DNA of 64,000 nt, taken from positions 372,001 to 436,000 of the forward strand of contig NC_081332.1 in NCBI RefSeq assembly GCF_022539665.2. The letters are read 5' to 3'. The notes beneath the pieces were generated by a model. That model was given only the letters and a program-made list of their open reading frames with translations, did not search any database and was not told the DNA's origin. The position numbers and the translations under genes were made by a program. Positions 34,321 to 44,025 of the stretch are shown in pieces. This DNA is from Daphnia carinata (taxonomy: Eukaryota). The first letter of the stretch is position 1; each line of letters starts with the position of its first letter.

Positions 34321-34393
34321 CGCCCGATGAGGGACTTGAACCCTCGACCTCAGGATTAAAAGTCCCGCGCTCTACCGACTGAGCTAACCGGGC
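34321..34393 (-). tRNA. tRNA-Lys(TTT)
   Basis: Array A copy. Confidence 0.93.
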
Positions 34394-34493
34394 TTCCACA
34401 TTGCCTCTGCGATGAAAACCTCAATTGTTTCTCTGTTGCCTCTAACGAAAGAACGACTTTTTTTTTCATGATTACTATTCTCACCCATTTTAC

Positions 34494-34566
34494 GCCTCGA
34501 TAGCGCAGTAGGCAGCGCGCGAGTCTCATAATCTCGAGGTCGTGAGTTCGAACCTCACTCGGGGCA
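34494..34566 (+). tRNA. tRNA-Met(CAT)
   Basis: Array A copy. Confidence 0.93.
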
Positions 34567-34937
34567 GTTTCTGCATAAGATTTTTGTTCCAACATTTAGA
34601 TTCAACTCGCACTGCAAGGGCAGTGTTCGATCGCATCGTTCTCAATTTTAATTCAAACATGAACCAAATCCAAATCGATCCGCCTGATCACTGGGAGATA
34701 ATCGTCTTAGGGAAATTGCACTCAGAGTAACACAAGTTAACCGATTCAGAAGAAAACAGCATAACTTAAACCACATAAATAGGTTGTTACTTAGTGTTCC
34801 ACACCGTATATCAAAGTAGTATTCGGGGAGGAAAAGAAGCAGGCGACAAAATAAGGGGGAGAACAGTTAATGTGTTTTTGCTTTCAAGGTAGAGCCAGTC
34901 TCAGGGACACAGGAGAAATGGTTCAAACGTTGACTTA

Positions 34938-35928
34938 GTTGCTATTTTGATGTTTGTTGGTGTCGAAATTAGGCGTGCGCATTCCTCATGTTCGTGTGAT
35001 ATTGCTGTCATTAGCGGGGTTTCTCCGTCTTTATTGCGATTTGTGAACTCGCAGTTGTGGTGTTTTAGTATCCTTACCAGGAATAAGTCGTTATTTTCCG
35101 CTGCCATGTGTCCAATTGTGCTGCCTCGATACATTATCTCGGGGTTTGCCCCATAGGCAAGTAGAGCATCAGTTATGTCGTACCTTACTTTTTGTATACT
35201 GGTGTGGAGCAGGGTACGTCCTTCGTCGTATCTTTTATTAAGGAATATGGCCATTTTTTGTCGTGGCCAACATCCTAGCGATTCTAATCTTTTTTGGATG
35301 CATCTTCTTATAGTTGGTAGTGTAGCTTCCATCATTGATAGACAAAGTTTTCCGTCTTCCAAGTCAATAGTAGCCTGTCGGTGCAGTTGAATCTTCTCTG
35401 CTTGTTCTGTTGAAAGGGGTGCTATTGTCTTCATCCGACAGTTCTTGCATGTTTCTGTTTCCCTTTGTTGGTTATTCGGTCTGCTCCGTTTTTTGGGCGG
35501 TTCACATTGGAGGTCGGTGTCACTATCATTTTCCAATTCGGCACCGTGGGGTGGGTCATATTGGAAACCGGTGTCACTGTTATTTTCCAATATAAATTCG
35601 GTACTGTAGGCACTATCCAGATCGGGTTCCGTTTCACTATAGGCATTTATCTCCTCGGTGTCGTCGTCACTTGATTCACCGATGTCTTTCCTTTTTCTCT
35701 CTAGTTCGAAAAAATCGTTTTTCTCGGTTTTGATTCCGTTCCATTCTATATTTTTCACTATCAGCTTGTTTACATCTGCACTTTTAGCACTTTCCTTTTC
35801 TTTGTACTCTTGCTGGCTATTCTCACTTTCAGTATCACTAATGAATATTAAATTCGTATTCTTTTTCTTCTTGTGGGATGATGGTTACGTCCATTGCGTT
35901 ATCCTGAGTGATGTTGTTGTTTTCCATT
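34938..35928 (-). pseudogene. Gy1-family ORF4 (acidic + ankyrin), truncated
   Basis: GRTLLH, LLAYGANP, GETPLMTA; acidic and ankyrin parts are in one frame. Confidence 0.83.
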
Positions 35929-36963
35929 TTTAGAGTAAAGGTTGACTTGTGATGACACTTTTCTTTGTAGAACTTTGTCTGAATTATGTCGTTGAGACAC
36001 TGGGAAGAGGTTAGTTTTTATATTTTGAAAAGTCTTCTTTTGCAGAGTTTTTCATAAATTCTTGTTCCCCTCTTCTTAATTTCAAAACAGGTAGTTTCTT
36101 CTACTTTAATGTGTCCCGTCTTCTATTTCGCCGTGGGGCGAATTGATGAATATACCGTACATTTTGACTTTCTATTTTCCTTTTTAAGTCATTGTCTTTT
36201 CTTATAGGGGTTCTTGTGTCTTTCTTTTTCTTCGTGCGTTAGTTTCTGTCGTTCTTTGTTACACTACACTGCTTTTTCTCCGATGATTTTGTTATTGACT
36301 TTTTTGTTTGTTTTAGTCGAGGAAAAAAAATGTTATTTGGGTTTGTAATTCTTGTTTTGTCTATCCCAAAGGTTTTCTATTTTGAAATTTTTTGTTAATG
36401 TTAGTTTGGAATACAAAATTGTTATTCGGGTTTGTCTCTACTCTTTGTTTTACTATAAAGTTACGAGTATGGGATATATTTTAAAAATCACTTAATTGGT
36501 CGAGAAAAAAAAAATGTTGATAAGTGTATTATTTTCTGGGAGCTAATTTATTTTGTAATTAATTAAATTTGTCAGGGGTTATGTTTAGTGGCTACTTTTA
36601 ATTTCAATGACCTTGGGACTTTTACTTTCTGGCTGAATTACTATTGTCTGTTTCTGACATGCAACGGCATAGGTCTTCTCAAACCATGCCATATCCGACG
36701 ACGTAAGTGCACATGGTGTGTTTTCCTGTACATCGTGTGATTGTGTCAGTTGTTTCGATAGAGGGGTAAATTAATGAATTTGGTGCACTTTGTTCGGGGA
36801 GGGCGCATTTGACCTTGTCTTTCTGTTGTTAGTTGTGCAGGGGCGGTTGTTCTTAGGAACGGTTGTTCGATTGCTATTTCCGAATGGTAATTTGTTTCTC
36901 GTGCCGGTATCATTGATGCGAGTTCGTGTTCTTCCTCTACGCCATCATCGTATCTGGTTCTTT

Positions 36964-39900
36964 TCAGCGGATATGTTCTTTTATCTTCGAGATGGGGTTG
37001 CAAATAATGAAGATTCGTAAACATACGAGGAATAGTACAAATCCTATCGCTGATAGACCAATTATTTTTAGTTTGTCGAACCATGAGAACATGTTTCCTA
37101 TTTGATTATCTTGTTGTTCTGACATTACAATGTCTCCAACAGAATTGGAGTTGCCTTCTTGCATTCTGCCAACTAGGTCATTTAGAATATTTAATTGTTC
37201 CATTCCCATCGTCTCGTGTGCTGGATGGCTTTTCAGCGCGAAGTCGAAATCGTTAAGATGGAGTTCTTCAAATTCTGAAATGAGGTCTAAATTAGGCATG
37301 TGAATGCTAGGTTTCTGGCGTATCCAATCTCCTGTCGTAGAATTGTGTTCCCATGTGTGTGGATTTCCATTTAAATTTACCAAAGGTGTTTTCCAGAAAC
37401 AATCAGAATATGGATGAATTGACCATCCATCTGTTCCAATCGTACAGTTTTTTCCTTCGTAAGTAAAAAACGGCTGAAATCCACATTTGGTTTCGTTTGC
37501 TGATATAAAAATTCTTTTTGCCTCGCATTGTTGAAGTGTCATTGCTTGACCGAAGCCTTGTAGTCTTGTGCAGATTGGTAAACCTACTGCTACTGCTGCT
37601 AAAATTCCGTTGGTTTGGGCTAATATAACTGCTTGTGTTCTTTTGATTGCTGATAGTTGACAATAAACGTCCCGAATTTCTTTTGCCAACTTGTTTTCGT
37701 GTTCAGTTTCGATGTTTATCTTATATTGGTCGTGCATTTTACTTATTTCGTATTTAATTTTGTCGTTGAATTCTTCAATGTTTTTGGGTAAATCGGCTTC
37801 TAAATTTTCATTGTTTGATGTATCTTCAGCTTTTTGATCCATTGAAATTATTAAAGAATCAGCTAACGGTAAGTTTCGAATACTGCTTTCTTCGATGGCC
37901 TGAATTTGAGTTCCTTCTGTTGTAGACGTTGTTCCCGTTAGTGCTAAAGGGGTTACTCCGGTAGTATGTGTTGATGATTGTTGGGTCGTCGAACTTTCGC
38001 TTACTGTTTTTGTGCTCGTCGTTATTGAGCTTGGCTGATGCGTCGTTGTTGTCGCGGTTGTTGTGGAACTTGTCGTAGTAGGCGTTGTTGTTTCCTCCGT
38101 TGCTGTTGAACTTGTCGTAGTAGGCTTTGCTGTTTTCTCTGTTGTTTTGGAACTTGTTGTAGTGGATATTGTTGTTGTTGTAGTAAGTTTTGTAGTTGTA
38201 GTGGTTGTTGAAGTTGAAGTTATCTTAGCAGTTGCCGTAGGTCTAGTAGTAGTGGTGGGTTTAGTGCTTGTCGATGTGATTATTGGTTTTGTAGTTGTGG
38301 TGGGTTTTGTTGACGTTGATGTCATACTGGGTTTAGTTGTCACTTGCTGTGTTGTGGTGGGTTTGCTAGCTGCTGTGCTTGTAACTGGTTTAATTGTCGT
38401 AGTGCTTTTTACCGTTGTTTTTGCTGTTGTTCCCAATGTGGTTTTTATTGTGGGCTTTGTAGTCGTTGTAACGCTTGTCGTTGTTGTGTGTTTTTCTGTT
38501 GTGGGCGTGGCAGGGGGTGTGGCCAAAGTTTTGCTGTTCTCTGATTGGTTGTTATCCTCTCTTTTCATTAGTGGTGGTATGGTTGGGAGTGTTTTCCCGT
38601 CCAATGGCTGTTTAGTGTGCAGTGCTATGATGGCTGCCGCTGAGAGAGTCCGTATTTGGTGTGGGTTGCGATATTCAAAGTTAAAGTGCTGTTTTTGGCT
38701 GGAGCTGTGACAATGCCCCAGGGTCACCCGTCCTACTCTCTGTGTGAGACACTTCCTGTCTGATGAGGGTGAATGTAGCCCAGTTCTATCTGTTGCCATG
38801 AGCTGTCCTGTGTGCTCAAATGTGCCCCAGATTGAGCTGGTGCTAGCGCACTCTTGAAGTACTAGCATTGTCGTATTGGCTTTGATACAGGTGTTTGTGT
38901 TGAACGGTCTGATGGTGAAATCAGATGTATATTCGAAAGCTTGTCCTCGTTCTGTTGCTTTGCTACAGTTGGCTACCATTGTTTGTGATTGTACTAATGG
39001 ATCGTTGCTGTTAATTAGTTTTCTTAGTTCTTCTTGACATTGCGGCCACTCTTTGTCGCATTCTTCTAATGTCATTTGCTTGTTTACTCCATGGTGTGTT
39101 AGACATTTTTCGTTTGGTGTTTTTCCGTTTTTCAATAGGCCCCAGGCAATCATATCCCAGATTATATTTCCGCTCCCGTGATTAGTTTTTAAAATTCCTC
39201 CAAATAGCGGCGAATTAATCGTGGTTGTGATTGCCTTCCGTTGTTCTTGTTGAATTTCCTGCATTTCTGCTAAAGTTGTGTCTGGGAAATTTTCTATGAT
39301 GTCTGGATTGGTGTTGACAGTTTCAAAGATCCATTTTTGTGTTACGCTGTTCTTATCATCTCTGCATTCTGTCAATATGATAGCTTGGTATGTTCCTAGT
39401 GTAATACAGAGATACGATTCTTGTGAAATTAATTGATGGTTTTGTTGATCTAGAATCCACCGTGTTGAAAATTCTGAGCATTTAGCAACAATTAGTCGGC
39501 CTGCTTCTCCTTCCGTGATACAGATATTACTGTTCTGGATTCTTATTGTTTGGTCAACGATGTATTCGAATTCTGATCCTTGAGGAAGTGGATCATCGTC
39601 TTTGAGACGAAAGTGGGCGGTTAACTGAGTGTTTTCGTCTGGTTTGTATATTATGTATATAGTGGCGTTGTAATTTACACTCCGGTCCTTCTCGTTGATC
39701 CTGATTGCCTGTTGATATCCCATTCTTATTGGCCCCCAGGCGTACGAAATGCTGTACAGACGTTTTCCTGAGTCTTCCGAGGGGGCGTTGAGCAAGAATG
39801 TAACTTCCTGTTGAATGGATCGTTTCCGCTTGGTTAACTGGAGTTCCCTGTAGTCCTTGCACACCGATGTATCTAGGTGAGTATTTTGTATACATGTATG

Positions 39901-40749
39901 TATAGTTGTTTTGAACATCTCGTACAATTTTCTCGTTGTTTCGGTTGGAAAGATTAGGTATGTGAGCGGTACGCCCACAACTTTGTAACCTTGTGGTGTT
40001 ATGTCCCGATCTGGTTTGTTGAAGAATGAAATCTCGATCTGTCGATTGGTGTCGTAAAGACGGCTGGTGTTTTCGCGTTCCGGTATTCTCGGAAGTTCCA
40101 GATAACCGCTTCCTTTGATCAAGGTTTGAGAATATGAATTATTTGTTGTCCTATCTCCCCATACTATTGTGTTTTGATTTTGGATGAAGTATCCTTCCTG
40201 CTGCGTAGTATTTAATGGTCCAAATGGGCTTTCAATTGGGTCGTCTTGTTTTTCCTGCCGTAAGGTGATTTGTTCTGCAACACAGTTGAGGGTGTGATAT
40301 GTTTTTATGGCATACCATTGCCCTTCGCCTGTCGGGGTGGCTGTGAAACTCAGACCCGCTGGTCCGGTCTGCATGTTATTATCGCCACACTTCTTGTCGT
40401 TCACCATTCTCCAGCATTCCAGTGGGGAAATTAGTTTAGTTTCTTGTGAATATATGGTGTCGAAAGATCCGATCCAGAATGACCCAGTTATTTTCTTCGT
40501 TTTTATCCATTGCTTGCAGGTCCAGCCTTTCCAAGAGGCTGCTGGTTTTTGTGTTGTTTTTAAAGTGTACAACGTGGGTATTCTGGGTAAGTGAGCTGTA
40601 TCTGATTCTTTGTTATTGCAGTAATAGGGTGCCTCTATATCTAAAATTCCTCTGGTCTTTACGTTCTGGCAGTCGCATACGGTTGAATAGATGGGATATG
40701 TGGATGGAATGATGGTGAGTAATTGGATGAGTGATAGTATCAGTTCCAT
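36964..40749 (-). CDS. env: Env-like glycoprotein (1261 aa): signal peptide, class III-like fusion domain, KRKR site, ricin-B-like repeats, mucin-like region, helix, TM; tail frameshifted
   Basis: Long ORF after pol; Cys pattern; C-I/L-T and Q-x-W/F repeats; ~200-aa Thr-rich tract; IIGLSAIGFVLFLVCL TM. Confidence 0.9.
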   Translation of the reverse strand: MELILSLIQLLTIIPSTYPIYSTVCDCQNVKTRGILDIEAPYYCNNKESDTAHLPRIPTLYTLKTTQKPAASWKGWTCKQWIKTKKITGSFWIGSFDTIYSQETKLISPLECWRMVNDKKCGDNNMQTGPAGLSFTATPTGEGQWYAIKTYHTLNCVAEQITLRQEKQDDPIESPFGPLNTTQQEGYFIQNQNTIVWGDRTTNNSYSQTLIKGSGYLELPRIPERENTSRLYDTNRQIEISFFNKPDRDITPQGYKVVGVPLTYLIFPTETTRKLYEMFKTTIHTCIQNTHLDTSVCKDYRELQLTKRKRSIQQEVTFLLNAPSEDSGKRLYSISYAWGPIRMGYQQAIRINEKDRSVNYNATIYIIYKPDENTQLTAHFRLKDDDPLPQGSEFEYIVDQTIRIQNSNICITEGEAGRLIVAKCSEFSTRWILDQQNHQLISQESYLCITLGTYQAIILTECRDDKNSVTQKWIFETVNTNPDIIENFPDTTLAEMQEIQQEQRKAITTTINSPLFGGILKTNHGSGNIIWDMIAWGLLKNGKTPNEKCLTHHGVNKQMTLEECDKEWPQCQEELRKLINSNDPLVQSQTMVANCSKATERGQAFEYTSDFTIRPFNTNTCIKANTTMLVLQECASTSSIWGTFEHTGQLMATDRTGLHSPSSDRKCLTQRVGRVTLGHCHSSSQKQHFNFEYRNPHQIRTLSAAAIIALHTKQPLDGKTLPTIPPLMKREDNNQSENSKTLATPPATPTTEKHTTTTSVTTTTKPTIKTTLGTTAKTTVKSTTTIKPVTSTAASKPTTTQQVTTKPSMTSTSTKPTTTTKPIITSTSTKPTTTTRPTATAKITSTSTTTTTTKLTTTTTISTTTSSKTTEKTAKPTTTSSTATEETTTPTTTSSTTTATTTTHQPSSITTSTKTVSESSTTQQSSTHTTGVTPLALTGTTSTTEGTQIQAIEESSIRNLPLADSLIISMDQKAEDTSNNENLEADLPKNIEEFNDKIKYEISKMHDQYKINIETEHENKLAKEIRDVYCQLSAIKRTQAVILAQTNGILAAVAVGLPICTRLQGFGQAMTLQQCEAKRIFISANETKCGFQPFFTYEGKNCTIGTDGWSIHPYSDCFWKTPLVNLNGNPHTWEHNSTTGDWIRQKPSIHMPNLDLISEFEELHLNDFDFALKSHPAHETMGMEQLNILNDLVGRMQEGNSNSVGDIVMSEQQDNQIGNMFSWFDKLKIIGLSAIGFVLFLVCLRIFIICNPISKIKEHIR

Positions 40750-40774
40750 CTGCGAAAAGAAAATTTGGATGTTT

Positions 40775-43700
40775 TTAGAATCTCGAGACTTCGTTGCGTT
40801 GCCGTAAGTTGTATCGTGGATTCGTCATTCTAGTGTGTGCAGGATTAATTGGTATAGGACCGGGGAGATTTGGTGCGATGATTTTACAATTTTCCGTTTC
40901 TGCAACATGATGATGCGGATGCCAACACGCTCTACGGACAGGTATTCTTTTGTTGTTGATGAAGTTGTTTCTTGGTCTGCCTGGTCCTCGTCGCACTGTT
41001 TCACTTCCTGGTTGTTGTGGAACACTAGATAATTTTTCTGTTTCTTGGTTTGCCGGGACGTAGAGCTTTAGGCGGTTGACGTGTACCACTGATTTTAGTT
41101 TTTCATTGCTCGCGTGTTGAATCTCATAAGTGAGATTTGAGAAATTTCTGATGATTTTGAATGGTCCATTCCACCTGTTGATGAATTTTCCGGCAGTTGG
41201 TGGAGCTTTCAGTAGCACAAAATCACCAATGTTATATTTGATCGCTTGTGTTCCTTTGTCGTAGTATCTTTTTTGTTTTGTCTGTGCCCGAAATAGGTGT
41301 TCCTTCGCTAGTTGCTGAGCCTTCTTCCATTGGTGTGAGTACATTACACTGGTATCCTCGTATGTTTCGTATCGCCTGTCTATTTTGATGTCGTTTGGGA
41401 GCACTGGTTGTCTCCCGAAGAATAGAAAGAATGGGTTTTGTTGCAGTGTTGATTGCTTCGCTGTGTTGTAAGCAAATGTGACAAATGGTAGATATTTGTC
41501 CCAATTTTCTGGTTCATCCGTTACGTAGCAAGCCAACATGTCACATAGGGTTCTGTTAAATCGTTCTACTAATCCGTCTGTCTGGGGATGGTATGCTGTT
41601 GTTCTGATTTGTTTGATTTTAAATAATTTGCAAATATCTTGGATTAAGCTCGACAGGAAATTAGTTCCTTGATCTGTTAGTACTACTTCGGGGGATCCAT
41701 ATTTTGTATAAATATCATTAACCAGTATTGTAGCAATTGTTTGGGCAGTTTGATCTCTCATTGGAACCGTGAAGACGAAACGACTGGCATAATCTGATAG
41801 GACTAAAATATACTTATGTCCCTTTGCGCTTTCTTGAACGGGACCCACAATATCCATCGCAAGTCTTTCCCACACCCTTTCGGCTGGGGGCATAGGTTGC
41901 AATGGTGCTTTACTTCCTCCCACAGCCTTGCGTTTTGCGCATTTAAGGCAATTTTTGATGTGTTCTGTTACGTTTTGTCGCATGTATGGGAAGAAGTATT
42001 GTTCTCTAAGTCTGGATATTGTTTTTTCGATTCCTAAATGCCCTGCCATCATGTGATCATGATTTGCTCGTAAAATTCCGTCGATTAACGGTACAGGGAC
42101 TACTAATTTTCCTTGTCTATCTGTTAATAGACCCTTTTCATTGATTATAAAGTTGCTTGAGAATCTTTTATTTCTATTTTTCTGGCTATCTTCTTGTATT
42201 TCCATCATTAGTTTTTGACAATATTTATCTGCTTGCTGTAATTCTATCCATCTGTCTTCTTTCTCAGACCTTTTACTTTCACTTCCAATTTCTCTTTCGA
42301 AACCTACGCTCTTCCTTTGACTTTCCTTCTCAAAACTTTCGTTTTCTTTTTGAATACTTTCGTTTTCTTTCTCCAGCTGTTCTTGTTTCTTTAATCTTTC
42401 AATCCTTAGTTTTTCTTTTAGATTTTCACCTTCTTTTCGAATATTTTCTAGCTCTCTTATGACAGTTCCTCTTTCCATTGCCCTTGTTTCTACTCGTGCT
42501 ATTGGCACTATGGGAATACGGCTTAGGGTGTCTGCATTTTGGTGCGACTTCCCAGGCCGGTACCCAATGACGATGTCGAATTCTTGTATTTTTAGTGCCC
42601 ATCTAGCTAATCTTCCTGCGGGTTCTGTCTTGCTCATTAACCATTCTAAAGGTCTATGGTCTGTAAATACGGTGAATCTGCGTCCGTATAGATACGTTCT
42701 AAATACGTCAATTGCGTGGAGGATAATGGCGTAAGCCTCTTTCTCTGTGGTTGACCACTTGGCTTCGCGGTCGTTCAGATGTTTAGAGCTATACGCTATG
42801 ACGACTTCCGCGCCGTCTGATTCACGGGGTTCCTGTACGTCGGACTCCGCTGAATCCGCTGATTGAGGTAGAGTTTGCATCTGAGCCAAGACTGCTCCTA
42901 TACCGTATCCTGAGGCATCTGTGTAGATGATAAATTCGCGCGTGAAATCTGGATACCCTAGGATAGGTCTAGTTATGAGACAGTTCTTGATACAATCAAA
43001 GGCGTCCCTTTGTTCCTCTCCCCATTTCCACTCGGCTGATTTTCTCGTTAGCGCTGTCAGTGGGTGGGCTTTATCAGCAAAAGCCCTGATGAACTTTCTG
43101 TAATAGCTAGCCAAACCTAGAAATGAGCTCAATTCTTTCACGTTTTTGGGAGCTGGGTATTTGATGATGGCTTCTAACTTTTAGTGTCTTTAAGAAGTTT
43201 AAACACTGCTTCTAGATGTATCACATGTTCAGCAATATTATTACTGAACACTATGATGTCATCCAGGTAAACCAATGCGAACCTGAACAATACTGATTTC
43301 AATATGTTGTTCATTGCTCGTTGAAAAGTGCTTGGTGCATTTGTTAGTCCAAATGGCATTCTATTAAATTCGTATTGTCCAAGTTCACAAATGAAGGCGG
43401 TTTTGTGTTTGTCGTTTTCTTCTATCTCGATCTGCCAGTAGCCACTCAGTAAGTCCAATGTTGAGAAGTAAACCGATCCGCTCAATGCATCAATGGTGTC
43501 GTCGATTCTTGGTAATGGGTATTTGTCTTTTACTGTTATTTTGTTAAGTGCCCTATAGTGTCGATGGAAAGATTGTGAAAGGGTTGAGAAGTAAAGGACG
43601 ACATAGTTGCGAAATATGGAAGATAATTTCTGACATATAGTCAATACACATACGCATTTCTCCATCTTTTTTGGGGACCATTACAATTGCTGCTGCAAAT

Positions 43701-43925
43701 GGGCTGTGACTTTCTCTAATGATATTGTTACTCATCATTACATCTATTTTTGTCTTGACGATTAGTTTTAATGCTTCTGGTGTTCTGCGCAATCGTTGCG
43801 TAATTGGGGCGTTGTATCCTATGTTAATGGAGTGTTTTACATCAGTTGCTAGACCTAAATCTGATTCTCTTTCAGCAAATAGGGTTTCGTGTTTTTTCAA
43901 TAGATTTTCAATTTTAATTTGTATC
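40775..43925 (-). pseudogene. pol: Gy1-family pol: RT disrupted (77-bp insert, ~0.1-kb deletion near 43180); RNase H and integrase intact
   Basis: YLDD, YTDAS, HDH..AGH..CLKC, MDIVGP, TDQG, GLVER, WNGPF. Confidence 0.93.
43559..43635. mobile_element. 77-bp TG...CA insertion with 5-bp TSD (miniature solo-LTR-like)
   Basis: TATAG|TGTC...GACA|TATAG; empty site present at ~13354. Confidence 0.8.
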
Positions 43926-44025
43926 NNNNNNNNNNNNNNNNNNNNNNNNNNNNNNNNNNNNNNNNNNNNNNNNNNNNNNNNNNNNNNNNNNNNNNNNNNN
44001 NNNNNNNNNNNNNNNNNNNNNNNNN
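43926..44025. other. Assembly gap (100 N)
   Basis: Run of N. Confidence 0.99.

Larger units (their letters stand above)
30385..34937. repeat. tRNA array A, four ~1143-bp units
   Basis: Met genes at 31064, 32206, 33349, 34494. Confidence 0.97.
34938..43925 (-). mobile_element. Second, diverged Gy1-family copy; 3'-truncated inside the ankyrin ORF, 5' end lost in the N gap
   Basis: Colinear with ~6140-13645; no LTR visible. Confidence 0.93.

Noticed and set aside
30385..34937. CRISPR-like periodicity
   Set aside because: Whole units including spacers are repeated; eukaryotic tRNA tandem array with no cas genes.
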